Shown one piece after another: positions 26,527 to 40,136 of a DNA stretch of 64,000 nt. Position numbers and translations under genes: made by a program. The stretch is from Octopus vulgaris. Its lineage: Eukaryota. The DNA lies in the NCBI GenBank assembly GCA_951406725.2, contig OX597823.1:55428001-55492000 (forward strand), in the 5' to 3' direction. Position 1 is the stretch's first letter. Each line of letters starts with the position of its first letter. Under the pieces are notes generated by a model, which was given only the letters and a program-made list of their open reading frames with translations, searched no databases and was not told the DNA's origin.

Positions 26527-29500
26527 ACTCGAAGCGATAAGTCGCGTATTTGGCGTGGGAGACAATCGAAAATACAATGAATACTGTTTCCAACTTTGGA
26601 GCCACAACTATCAGCCTTGTTGAATAACTGGTTAATTTTCAGATGAATTAACTGAGGGAGCCTTTTATTCACAAACGTAGTGATTTTCGACTGAAACTTG
26701 AATTTAGCATGCAGAGTTACTACAAACAACATGGCTGGACACAATATCAACAACACAATCGAGGAACAGAACGGAACCAACAGCTCAACAGGTAAACAAA
26801 TTCCTTCTAGCTGTAATTATAGAAGAGACTGTAACTACAAGACTCATTTGTCTTGTTATGAATTAAATAATGATCTGTTTAACCACTACAAAAAAATCGA
26901 ACCAAAACCCCGCCGTTGGCTACATAAATCGATTGAAATCATTTTGGGTCGATCTGCATCCAGAATTAAATCATTTAACTGCGGGGTAACTACGTAAATG
27001 AGCAACATGTGTAGAACATAGGAAGAAGGTTAATTACTCTAACTTTATTTAAAAAATCGAAAATTAACCTTCTTCTCAACTCTATAAACAAAAACGAAAA
27101 CGTCAATGATACAAGACCACCACGTGGTTTCGCAGCTAGCGACATTCCAACAAATTCCATAGTGTCTGCCAGCCATACTACATTACTGGCTCAAGTAACT
27201 GACTACTGTTCCCCTACTACGACTATGGTAAATAGCAGGCACAACCGCAACGATTCTTGTAGTAGTAGTGGTAGTCAGGATTACATGCCGGTGAAGTGTG
27301 CCCTTACTGAAATTTTCCGAGATAAAAATAACTTTGTCTTTGACGTACTCTCTCGAGGAGAGAGTATTCTCTACCAAAGTAAGTAAAAATAACCACCAGA
27401 TATAGTATTAAAAGCTGTTAGCGAAATCGGTGATCAGTAGTTACAACAGCGTGATGAACCCCCATACTGGCAAATCAACGTTTCTCTATATGCTCTGGCT
27501 ACTACTGTAAAACAGTACATGATGATATTCAAAAAGTAAACAAAACCGAAACAACAAAGAAAGTACCATCATGGGTTTTGAAGACAAAGAAAAAAGATAA
27601 CTGGTTTACGGAAAACCATCAGTCATGTAATGATGTTTATTGCATGCAAACAAGCAAATTACTAAACGCCCCACCAACAGAAAGTAAAGAAGGGGTTGGA
27701 AATGATATTTGGAGACAGCGAAAAGAGACACTCACTTGCAAACTGATTACCCTCAAGCAAGAGCTAAAAGCTGTCAGTGAAAAATTCCGACATCAGAAGA
27801 GAATAATCGAGAGAAGAACAATATGCAAAAACTTTAACCGCAACCAGGCAGCAGTATACAGAGACATGAGAGGAAGAGCATTAAACATCGCGGAAGCTCC
27901 TTCATGAGAATACATAAACTCCTTCTGGAGGAAAATCTGGTGTGAAGAGAAGGAATTTAACTAAGATGCTCTGTGGCTGGAAGAAATCCGAAAAAGTTAT
28001 TGCTCCTGCGTTTCATCCAAGACATACAACATTGATGGCGAAGCTCTTGCAACTATAATCCAGAAACTCCAGGATGGAAAAGCACCCGGAAGAGACTTGA
28101 ATGTTGGATATTGGTACAAGAAGCTAACATTCTACCGACCATATCTTATCAATCTGTACCAGCAAGCTTTCAGTGGGAATAATAGCATACCACACTGGCT
28201 TGTTCTGGCAGAGACAAAATTGATCCCCAAATGCAGAACAACCCACATTGTAAAAAAATTTTTTAAATACCGGCCAATTGCATGCCAGAACTTAATGGAT
28301 AAGATATATACAGCATGTTTAAACCTCTTCCTCCAGGACCATTGTGAAACCAATAACATTATCACAGCAGAACAAGCAGCTGGGAATAAGGGAGTTTGGG
28401 GATGTGCCGAGCAATTGTTAATCAACAAAACTGGGATGTGAGTGGTGAAAAAGCATAGGAGGAACCTAGTTTCAATGTCGCTAGATTACAAGAAAACCTT
28501 TGGCTCTGTTCCCCACGCATGGATGCTAGAAGCCCTTCAACTTGCTAAAGTTCCAGTGAGAATAGTCAAAGCCATAGCTGACCTGACTTCATCGTGAGTC
28601 ACCATCTTGAAATTAAACACAAAGAGTGATTGTATTATCACCGATAGAATACAGAATCGTAAAGGCATATTCCAAGGAGACAGTCTCTCTGTGATGTTGT
28701 TTATACTTTCTGTAAACCCTTTGTCATTCATGTTGAGGAAGTGTGATGGCTATCTCACTGGTTCACAAGGAAACAGAAATACCAAAATTACACGTTGTTT
28801 CTTTGTGGATGGCTTAAAACTTTAGGCAAAGAATATGGTCGAGATGAAAAAGAGCCTTGACCTAGTTACATCATTCTCAAAGGATGTAGGATTGGAGTTT
28901 GGTCAGGATAAATGTTGTTATATGGTTGTGAAAAGGAGGAAAATTATAAACCAGACAAGTAACATCTCCATCAATGATTTGACTGTTTCTTTTGTATCTG
29001 GCAAGAAATGTTATAGGTGTCTTAGGGTGGATGAAAATATATCTTACAATAACACTTGTAACAAAATACGTGTCACTACAGAATATTACAGCCGAATACA
29101 GAAAATTTGGACCTCAGAACTCGCTGCATTCAATAAAACAGTGGCTCACAATGTGTTTGCAGTGCCGGTACTCATATCAACATTTGGGCTGCCTGATTGG
29201 ACCCTTCACGAGATCCGAGCTATTGATGTGAAAACCCGAAAAATACTAACAGGCATACATAATTTCCACATAAACAGTGAATGTAGACCTCTTCTACCTA
29301 AAACGGAAACAAAGCAACAGAGGCTTAACATCGATCCAAAATGCCGCATCGCATTGAATGTCGCATCGCATCCCTTCGGAAATATCTTTTAACCACCAAG
29401 TGTCGAAGTGCATCATATGACCAAGTGTGCATACATGAGGCTGATAACATCACAAAACTTGGAAAGCAGCTTCTTGAGCAATACTCTTTGTCTGATAACC

Positions 29501-29960
29501 GAGAATACAAGCCCAAAGAAGTCGCACGACTTTACTGCAACGCACCATCAGATGAAAGGATGAGCGTATACGAGCAGAAGACTATGCATGGATATGTTAG
29601 TAGAAAGCTCCGTGATGATAGCAAAATGGATCATCAAAGCAGTTTATCATGGACCAATAGCCAGATTACTAATTCCCACTTTGAAGGATATGCGTTTGCA
29701 ATCCAGGAAATATGAACCCAGGTGCCTGATGCACAAAAGGAATAGAGATGCAGGAAAACCGGTAAAATGTAACAACCAGTGCAGACTTTGTGGAGTTCAC
29801 ACTGAAGATATCACCCACATCATAAGCAGTTGTCCGAAAATGTCATCACAATATTATCTACCGTTGAGTCGTGATGGTGAATCTAGGACACTATGAAATC
29901 CATCGGAAGGATAACTCCGAGGACAAAGGTATAATAACTCACAATATGGTAGAAGCCAGT
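26527..29960 (+). mobile_element. R4/Dong-type non-LTR retrotransposon, 5'-complete-looking, 3'-truncated, pseudogenised RT
   Basis: GKAPG..YWYKKL, YRPIAC.NL..KIYT, EQ..GNKGVWGCAEQLLINK, DYKK.F.SVPH.W, GIFQGDSLS, FFVDGLKL, GLEFG.DKC and CRLCG..EDITHIISSCP, with multiple stops and frameshifts. It begins directly after (TACA)n. Confidence 0.92.
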
Positions 29961-30049
29961 TAAGGCCGGGCCAGCAATTTCGAGTGTATAAATGTAACCA
30001 TAATTAATTGCCCAGTAATTAACATCATCATTGATAGCTTGTTTTTTTA

Positions 30050-30415
30050 AAGTGTGGTACTTATTCTGCCGGCCCCTATTGCTCTATTGCTTCTAAGTTA
30101 CGGGTATGTTATCAAACCGACACCGGTTATCAAGCAATAGTGGGAAACACAAACACACACACACACACACACGCACACACAGAAGATTCTTTCAGTTTCC
30201 GTTTGCCAAATCCACACCAAAGGCTTTGGTCGGCCCGGAACTATGGTAGAAAACACTTGCCCAAACTGACACGCAGTATGAGTGAACTCGGAACCATGTG
30301 GCTGAAGTGAACCCGGAACCATGTGGCTGGAGTGAACCTGGAACCATGTGGCTGGAGTGAACCCGGAACCATTTGGCTGGGAAGCAAACTCTTTGCCACA
30401 CAGCCATGCCTGTGC
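30050..30415 (-). mobile_element. Family B SINE with a 25-bp tandem amplification in its head
   Basis: ggaaccatgtggctggagtgaaccc repeated about 4 times at 30281-30380. Confidence 0.8.
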
Positions 30416-31190
30416 CTGATGCGAAACACATTGCAGCTCTAACCTTAGTCTACATATTTCTCTTTAGCCATTTTTTTCGTATTTACATCCTCTGTTCGAC
30501 ACCATTGTATTCGTAACCCTTACATAATGTCACATTTCAAAAGTTATACTTTTGAAACACATGAGTAAGGGATAGCTACGAAATATCTGTTAAACAAAAC
30601 TCTAATACAAAACTCATAAATTCTGTAAAAGAAATCTCATGTGCTTTATAATTCGATAAATCAAACACTTCCTTCGTCCAGTCAATCACGTATTTGTGTT
30701 GTTATTTGCTTTTGTTTTTTATTGTTGTCTTTTTTTTTTTTACTGCAGTTCAGTGTTTTCTTTCTTCCAATAACTCATATCTGTATTCATTCGAATGGAA
30801 TAATGAAAAAAAAAAAAATAATAAATAAATAAAAGTAATTAGATCAACGAACAAACAACAAAATATTGATGTGTTGATATGAATACATTAATGCAAATAT
30901 GAGGAAGAATATAAAAATAAGGATGCATGGGAATATAAGAATGAATGAGCGATACTATGTATGCTCTAAACAATATTATCTTAGAAATCACACAAACCAT
31001 AAGACTATCCCTATAAAAAGCAATTGACCGACCAATGGAACTATCCCTAGAAAATATGATTGTTATCGAGCCGTTCAATAATATATGGAGTAAAAAGAAT
31101 TGCAAAATGAAATAAGTAGTTCTGCTCAAAAAGGGTAAGGGAGATAAATAAGATCAGAAAAAATTTAATTACTATTAAATATAAGTTGTA

Positions 31191-31405
31191 GGGCAGCGAG
31201 CTGGCAGAAACGTTAGCACTCCAGGCGAAATTCTTAGCGGTATTTCGCCTGTCTTTATGTTCTGAGTTCAAATTCCGCCGAGGTGGACTTTGCATTTCAT
31301 CCTATCGGGGTCGATAAATTAAGTACCAGTTGCGTACTGGGGTCGATCTAATCGACTGGCAACCTCCCCAAAAATTTCGGGACTTGTGCTTAGAGTATAA
31401 AAGAA
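31191..31405 (+). mobile_element. Family A SINE with target-site duplication
   Basis: attaaatataag.tgta occurs on both sides. Confidence 0.85.
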
Positions 31406-31805
31406 AGATTAAATATAAGCTGTACTCACTTTTACTACTAATGATTATTGCGGTAGATGTTACATAGAATTCCAACCATTCGTTGCTCTTTTCAGTTATT
31501 GTATTATTCAGTGTTCATTCAGGAAGAACCTATATATATTCTCACTTCATTATAAGAGCTTCAAATAACGACTAGGATATGCACAGCTAATGAGATCTAA
31601 TAAAACTGAAACATGTCCAGTGTTTTTCAATGGTCCCATTCAATCCACTCTGTATTCTGCGTCAATCTAATTTTAATATAAATAACTTTGTTGTCTCCCT
31701 TGCATTTCATAACCCAAATTTGTCATGTGCATTAATATAATTTCTTTTAATGAATACATCAACACGTCTTGGCTCACCATAAAAAATCTTAGCATTCGCA
31801 TATTC

Positions 31806-31880
<75 letters not shown>

Positions 31881-31902
31881 TAATAATAATAATAATTATA
31901 TC

Positions 31903-31969
<67 letters not shown>

Positions 31970-32033
31970 TCAATAATATATAAATATATGCATATATACA
32001 TATATGTACATACCTACATATATATGTTTATAT

Positions 32034-32430
32034 ACATGCAGATATGGGTACAGGACATCTAAAAAACGTTGAACACAACGAGAAACGAAAACAGAAACGA
32101 AATTTTTTTTTCGGACAACGAAAAAATAAACTGAAAAACGAGACATACAACATAAAGAATATACCCCTTCTTCAGCTGTCCTTGTTTCAACTACTCCACG
32201 TTCCGAAGGCAAGGACAAGACGCGACTTCATTGAAACAGTTCTTCCCGCAAAGCATATTAAATAATGCATATATGGGTACATGATGTCACCAACGGTGCA
32301 AATATGAAATACATAAACAAACGAGTTAAATACGTAAACAACGAGAAAAAAATGGAAAACAGGACAGGTAAACACAGAGAATGAACCCTTCATCAGTTGT
32401 CGGCTGTCTATCTGCTCCTCATTTCGAATA
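32034..32430 (-). mobile_element. Bipartite non-coding repeat with permuted HHR-like boxes
   Basis: Two related sub-units on the minus strand, each with GAAA(Y)-like...CUGA(U/A)GAAGGG. Relatives at 35625-35800 (-), 42560-42708 (-) and 58720-59050 (+). Confidence 0.6.
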
Positions 32431-32698
32431 TATGTGTGTGGGGCGGGGGGTGTACACTACACTTTGATCTTGAGTTGGGTGTCGGAAAAGCTAGTACCCA
32501 TCACCTTAGAGATTAATAATGTATTTTATTTTGGCTGAGTCTTCTGCTACCCTGAGCTCCACCTGTGTGTGCACAGAATCTTCAGGCAACGTATGTCTCT
32601 GGTAAGTCATAACTTTTCTGAAACTCGGAGTAGAGGGGACTCATTCGACCAAAATAAAATGCATTACAATATATACGTACATACTCCCACCACATATT

Positions 32699-32730
<32 letters not shown>

Positions 32731-34180
32731 TGTATGTATGTATGTATGTATGTATGTGTATGAACGTATTATGTGTATGCGAGTGTGTGTATCCGTCCCT
32801 CACAGGTTTGGTTAACTGCACGTTGAGCGTTCTACTGCAAGGTAGAGGCGTCAACGATGTATTATCAATTATGTATGCTTGCAAATCTCCCAGCCGTGTG
32901 GCACTGCTGCAGTCCCAGGGGCAGGTAACGCCAATACGTCACCGCATGCGTAAACGTCAGACCGTCGTGAAGAGGACATATACAGCTAGATTTCTCGCGA
33001 CAGTATTTATTTACCGATACAGCAAAAAGAATGGCTATTTTGACCTTGGTGCAATTTGAACGCAGGATGCTGAGAATTATAAGAAATATCACAGACTCTG
33101 GGAACAAATAATAGATTAGATTAGATTAGATTAGATGTAAGTGCATAATAATTTGTGCAGATGCATGTTTGATTAACAGTTTAAACTGTTTGTGATGTAG
33201 CGTAGCAGATGCTTACGTGTGACACAAGGGAAATAACTATTGCGTTGCGAGCATAACGTCTAATTCAACCTGATGCAATTCTCATATTTATCAAGTCGTT
33301 CTCTTTTCCTTAACGTAGGAGATTGTGTCGATATGTATTGTATTGACTCTATGTCGTTTTACATAACCGAAAGTTGATAATTAAGGCGGACTTTAGTGGA
33401 ACTTGAACGAAGGAAAACTTTACAGGATCACTCTGCCTGTCGAACGAATTAGCAAAATTTCTTACAATTCCAAAGTTATCATCCCACAAGAAGGCAAAAC
33501 GAATTATATAGACTGATACATAATGTAAGAAAGTAGATGAGATGCCATGGAACGATTTACCTTGAACATAAGTCTCACTTTATCGGCTTACAATAGAACG
33601 AAAGAGATAATGTTCTCGGTACTACATGATGTATAAAAGAAGATGAGGTCGTCTTGACTGGATTGTCTTTGATTATAGGTCAACTCTCCACGGTAGATGT
33701 GCTGTAAAGACATTGCCCTGTCAGTGAACTTAAAATACGTGACATCGTCTTTCAGAAAACCACTGTCCAGGGTGTATATATACTGATCCGATCAACAGAA
33801 CAGCCAGCTCGCGAAATTAGCGTGAAAGTGGCTGAGCACTCCACAGACACGCGTTCCTTATCATAATTCTTAGGGAGATTCAGCGTGACAGAGAACGTGG
33901 CAAGGCTGATCCTTTAAAATACAGGTATCAGTCATTTTCGCCAACGGAGTGAACTGGGGTAACATGAAATAAAGTAGTGTCTTGCATAAGGACAGAACGC
34001 GCTACCAGAAATCGAACTTACGACCTTACAATCGTGAACCGAACACCCTAACCACCAAGCCACTCATTTTCATAACGTATCAGTAATATGCTGAAGCAAA
34101 TTCATATGATTTCTACCCTCTCTTCTACAAAAGTTGGCTACGTAACTTCAATTTATGTATGTTCGATGTTTACGCTGTTA

Positions 34181-34782
34181 AGGCAGCAAGCTGGCAGAAT
34201 CGTTAACTCGCCGGACAAAATGCTCAACTGTATTTCGTCCGGCTTTATATTCTGAATTCAAATTGCATCAAGTTTGACTTTTCCTTTCATCCTTTTCGGA
34301 GTCGATAAAATAAGTACCGGTTATGCACTGGGGTCAATCTAATCAACTTAGCCACTTCGCCAAAATCGATGGCCTTCTGTGAAAGTTTGAAAACGATACA
34401 GGAACAAAGACTGAAATTTGGAGACAAAAGTCAGTTATTATATTTAACCCAACACTTGAATGGGTCTTCATTTTCTCGGCCCCAGGGGGGGTTAAAGATA
34501 AATTTAGCCTTGGAGGGATTTGAACTCAGAGCATAAATAGCTGGAATAAATATCTTCTAATGATTCTGCCAATATTTCTTTTAATAATCCTTTCTGATAT
34601 AGGCACAATTTGGGGGTGGGGTAGGGGCTAGTCGATTGCATCACCTCTAGTATTCAACTGGTACTTAAAAGAATGAAAAGCAAAGTCAATCCCTGTGGAA
34701 TTTGAACTCAGAACCTAAAGACGGACAAAATGCCGCTTAAGCATTTCGCCTGGCGTGCTAACGATTCTGCAGATCACCGCCT
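34181..34782. mobile_element. Cluster of three decayed family A SINEs (one +, two -)
   Basis: Head and B-box motifs at 34181 (+) and at about 34520 and 34700 (-). Confidence 0.7.
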
Positions 34783-35129
34783 TCCTTGTTTTGATCATGC
34801 AAAAAAAAAAGAAATAAAGAAAAAAAAATTAACCCTCTCAAGTTTTTACCAGCTGGCTTCTAAAACCCATATCCTCTCCTACATAGAGACATTGTTGTTT
34901 TTGATCGACTGACCGTATTAGAATTGATTTCCTTGGTTGTTGTGTTTACATTTTAGTGTACACACATGAAGAGATTTGGGCTAATAAGTGTTAAGATGAT
35001 CTCAGGTTACTAAAGCTTTTCAGTGCAGAACATTGCATTACATATTTGAATACCGTATATGTGTGCTTTAAGGCGGTTCCAATTATCGAGATCAGCTATG
35101 CCTTTAATTCTTTTAGTGAATGACCTCTG

Positions 35130-35590
35130 GGGTGATTCCCTTATCGAAACGTTTTGTTTTCTACGAGGAGACGACAGGGGCAGCAGTATTCCAAGTGTGG
35201 CAGTACAAGGGAGGAGAAAAGAGGAATGATGACACCATGTTCTCTGGACTGGAAGGTTCTTACGATCTAGAAGCTCATTCTACGAGGTATATCAACATTA
35301 TAGTTGATGTGGGCACTCCAGCGGAGATTCTTATCAACAATTACTCCTAGATCTCTGATATTATTAGATATTGTGAGTGGTTCCCCTGAAGGAAGTGAGT
35401 ATGACTGTTTTAGCAGAAGCTTTCTTCCAAAATGCACCAGCTCAAATTTTCCCTCGTTTAGTTACACTTTGTCTTTGTCTGTCCATTGACTCACAGCATA
35501 TAAACCAATCTAGAGTTCAAGTCGGTCTTATTCTTCATTGATAATGTTCTGGAGCTTACAGCCATCAGCAAATATTTTCACTTTGCTGTG
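35130..35590 (-). mobile_element. CR1/L2-group LINE RT remnant
   Basis: FADGCKL..LNEGKFELVHFG..IRDLGVIVDKNLRWSAHI..RTFQSR..LF.SLVLPHLEYCCP. Confidence 0.85.
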
Positions 35591-35849
35591 TTTTATGACG
35601 CTGGAAAGGTCATTTATATAGATTATAAAGACGTCACCAACAGTAAACAACATGAAATACAAAAACAAATGAGTTCAATACGCAAACAACGAGAGAAACA
35701 AACGGAAAACATGACAAGTAACATAAAGAACGACCCTTCAAAAGTTGTGGGCTATCTACTTACTCCTCATTTCGATAATATAGATTGGTTTCGACCATTA
35801 TCGGCCCAGGCTATGACTAACTCAATAGCACCACCTGGAAAAGTCTTTG

Positions 35850-36025
35850 AGTTAATTATTTCGGGACATCATGGACCACTCAAGCAGAGAGTTGTTGTTG
35901 GTTGAGACGTAGCCAGGTGTAGGTGGTTTATACGGTATTTCTAGGAGGAATTTGTCCAGGTACCGTTTGAAAGTTGTGGGGTCTTTTTCTACTTTAATTC
36001 TTTCGGGATAACATTGAAAATGATA
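35850..36025 (-). mobile_element. CR1/L2-group LINE C-terminal remnant
   Basis: FNVIPKEL..FKRYLDKFLLEIP.KP.TPGYVSTNNNSLLEW. Confidence 0.7.
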
Positions 36026-36028
36026 TGT

Positions 36029-36059
<31 letters not shown>

Positions 36060-36821
36060 GAGAGAGATACATACAAACATACATACAGACAGACAGACAG
36101 ACAGACATACATACACACACACACACATACATACATACATACATACATACATACATACATACATACATACATACATACATACATACATACATACATACAT
36201 ACATGATATAACGAGGATCTCTTAATTCCATATATCAAATACTGGATGGTAAAAACATATTCGAAACCAGTAAGATACTGATATAAGAAATGTAATGTAC
36301 TCAATTAGTCACTTAACTGTAGTGCCATTCATAAGTTACATTCTTTTATATATACCATCAATGTTTTTATTAATATTTATTTGAGAAATTGAAATTACGT
36401 ACGAGAAATATTTTTAAATAATTATATATGGGAGCTAACTCTTGACTAGTCATTCCTATGGTCTCCCTTGGATGCTATTGCATTTCTTTATATGCTTGGG
36501 TTTATCGATTTTCTGATAGATTTTTCAGCCGCTGAATTCATAAGTTTGACGTTGTAAAATGTAAACAATGACAACAGAATCAGACTCTAATAGTTCATTA
36601 ATGAATAATTTAATGTTTAAATAGATGAAAAATTATTTCTATAGGTCTTTATCCATACCACTTTCCTAATAGAACACGGAAGGATTGAAAGGCATCTGTC
36701 TCTACAGATCTGTGTTTCCGTGTGTATGAGTGTGTATGTGTCCGTGTGCATGAGGGAAGAAGAGACAGCGTGAGAGACAGAGAGAGACTAAGAGAAACGA
36801 AACGAGACGAAACATCCATCC

Positions 36822-36904
<83 letters not shown>

Positions 36905-37433
36905 CATCTATCCACCGTTGCCTCTGCCTCCATCACAACTACAGCTCATACTATTACTATCAACCAATATCATCACAACCGCCAATCTCATACCGCCTTC
37001 ACCGTCTCTATGCCTACTATTACTCTCACCGCAAGATGAGGAATAGTAGAAATGTCATTTAACAGTGAGAGAGGGGTGTCAACGTGACACACTGACACAC
37101 AGAAAATCGTTTTGGCATTTATTATTATAGATGATGATATGATCACCAAACTCTTTGATCAAGAGTGATCTTGAGCTAAACAACGACAAACGACCACACG
37201 TAATACTTGATCGTAATATTTGATCGTTCAGCCAGGTCGAGATTATTCATAGTTTCGTTTATTTGGGGTCACCCATCTGCATCAACATATATACAAGAAG
37301 TGTAAAGGTAGTGAACCTCATTATGAGGTAAGATTTTCTCCCATTTAAACGTGGATGTTCTATTAGAACAAATTACAGTGCGGCAGTTACCATGAGAGAG
37401 AATCTCATATTGACTTTTGTTGCAAGCCCCAAG

Positions 37434-37482
37434 ACCACCTGATCACGTGATTTCAACCTTCTTTCGTCTCGTCAGTGGTAGA
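37434..37482 (-). ncRNA. Type I hammerhead motif
   Basis: CUACCa-CUGACGA-GAC gaaagaag GUU-GAAAU-CACGUG-AUC-aGGUGG. Stem III is the palindrome AUCACGUGAU; the first stem I pair is mismatched. Confidence 0.6.
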
Positions 37483-37613
37483 CGCTCGACCGTTAGAGAT
37501 TGCAGCGAATCATCTCCCCCGCCAGCGATATATAGAAAAACAATGCCAGAGTAGGTGCTGGTATCGCGATTAGGCAGTGTGCTTGTTAAAAAATATATAT
37601 CAGTGACGGACAT

Positions 37614-37704
<91 letters not shown>

Positions 37705-38210
37705 CCGAGAAGTAATATTTATCCCCAGATAAACGTAGAACAAACTATACTGTGAGAAAAAACTTTTGTCTATATCGTTATCGAGAAGAAGAGTGTATTT
37801 TGCACCAAAAGCCAATATGTGAGTTTCTCTCATGGTATCTAGCGCAGTATAGTTTGTTCTAACACAACATCCGCATTTAAGGTGGGATAAATATTAACGC
37901 TCGTTAATATTACTACCACTGTTGCTAATATATATATTATTATAAAGGCTTACTTATGATTTCTATCAAAAAGTTATACAGAGTCTTCATTGTGAAAATC
38001 CATTATTATTTCAAAACTGCTTTATTATCGTCTCACGATGTTATTATTTTCAGGTTATTTTTTAAGGTTACACTATCTGAATTTACTTGAGTTATACTTA
38101 AACAATTCGCAGTCAATATGTTTACCAGTAAAATATTATGCTCATCACACAAATATTTGCTAACTTGAGACAACTGGACCATTTGCATATTATCATACGC
38201 ACATACATAT

Positions 38211-38249
<39 letters not shown>

Positions 38250-38358
38250 CGTGTGCATGTACCATGTCATATATACATATGAAGCATATGTGTATGTAGT
38301 GTGTGTGCGTGTGTCTGTGTATGTGTGGATGGATGGATGCATATGATAAACGAGTACC

Positions 38359-38404
38359 CGCCACCGAAGAGATCCAATAAGATTGAAATTTTGTGATATG
38401 GTAG
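38359..38404 (+). ncRNA. Decayed hammerhead motif
   Basis: GCCA-CCGAAGA-GAUC caauaa GAUU-GAAAU-uuugug-AUA-UGGU; core U-to-C change. Confidence 0.45.
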
Positions 38405-38513
38405 CCTCGAAGCTAGAGTGGCGGGAGTTATCTCTCTTTGTAATAAAATATCAAATGCGCAAAGCGTGCTGAATAAACCACCTGGAAGAGATGTCTTCCT
38501 GGAGCTAAGTATT

Positions 38514-38882
38514 GGCGCAAGCGTGGCTTGCTTCTCAACCACATGTTTTCGGGTTCAGTCTCATTGCGTGACAACTTGGGCAAGTGTCTTCTACAATAGC
38601 CTCGGGCCGACCAAAACCTTGTGAGTGGATTTGGTAGACAGAAACTGAAAGATGCCCGTCGTATGTGTGTATCTGTGTGTTTGACCTACGACCACAGCTT
38701 GATAACTGCTACTGGTGTGTACGTGTCTCCCTTATCTAGAGGTTCGGTAAATGAGACCGACAGATTAAGCACTATGCTTAAAAGCTAGTAAGTACTGAGG
38801 TAGATTCATTCGACTAAAAATTCAAGGCAGTGCCACAGTATGGCCATAGTCTTAAGACTGAAACAAGTAAAAAAATAAAAGA
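38514..38882 (+). mobile_element. Family B SINE
   Basis: Head, cttgggcaagtgtcttctac and the tail gactgaaacaagtaaaa. Confidence 0.8.
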
Positions 38883-40090
38883 ATACTTACACACACACAC
38901 ACACACACGCATATACATACATACAGATAGACAGACACATACATACTTACATACATACATATATATATATATGCATACATGATGGCTGCCCCCTCGTTAT
39001 CGAGTATGGCCATTGCACGAAGCTTAACTGTTACTGGTGCTGTGATTGAATGTGACTTTTTAGCCCAGCTAAAGATCTAAAATGATTTGTACAGAATTGG
39101 CAACTAAAACTTTAGCCGGTACATACATACATACATACATACATACATACATACATACATACATACATACATACACAATACATGCATACATATATACATA
39201 CATACATACATATATACATACATACATACAAATATACATACATACATACATACATACATACATACACAATACATACATACACATACATACATACATACAT
39301 ACATACATACATACATACATACATACATACATACATACATACACAAACAATACGTAAATGGGGACGTGTGAAATCCAAGCGATAATCCTACCCAGCGCTC
39401 ATGTAAACTCCAGAGTAACAGAATATGTAGAAAGGAGAAACAATCCCGCTAATACAGAATATTGCACACAAATTGAAAATCTTTGACCTGTCCATCGATC
39501 GCAGATTAAATAATGAAACAAATAAAAGAATGAAGATATTGGTAGCACATGTATTATCTATCTACGATCGTTTCTATAGCAAGGAGATAGATAAATCATT
39601 TATCTTACATGAACAATGATTATTCAAGATCATGCGATATCGAAGGAAATCCAACCGTATTATTTCAGCACGACCTCGAAACGGTGTATTAAATTACAAA
39701 CAGATGAACATGGTCATAAATACAGGTTTGGCGGAGACGAAGAATACTGACATGCCTAGGAAAAGGCACGAAGGTAAAGGAATTAAGAACATACACACGC
39801 GCACGCACAATGGAGATTTAGGGAATCAAATAGATCTTGCATTAAGCAGTCCTCAGCGTGTCCAGCTATCAGGGAAGACTAATTAAGTTTCGGGTGTAAA
39901 TTCAACGTTACCACTCACCTGAAAATCCAAGAGAGGTAAGGAGCAAAAAGTGTTTATTCCGTATGACTATAGCTGTTTCGTGATACAGATTCAGTTACAT
40001 CAGTGACTCTAGTTTAAATTTTTAAATTTCCATACCAATTGTATACTTTCACAAATATTTTAGATACATAGATGCATACATACATACATG

Positions 40091-40136
<46 letters not shown>

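Noticed and set aside
26645-26708. HHR-like boxes in the 5' UTR of the R4/Dong-like element (CUGAGGG..GAAAC) and a hairpin in its 3' UTR near 50235-50270
   Set aside because: Core and cleavage triplet are non-canonical; a family consensus is needed before any claim.
31582-31622. CACAG-CUAAUGA..GAAAC-AU-GUC-CAGUG HHR-like pattern
   Set aside because: Core substitution and no convincing stem II.
39960-40010. Minus-strand CUGAUGU..GAAAC-AGCU-AUA pattern
   Set aside because: No stem I pairing and two core mismatches.
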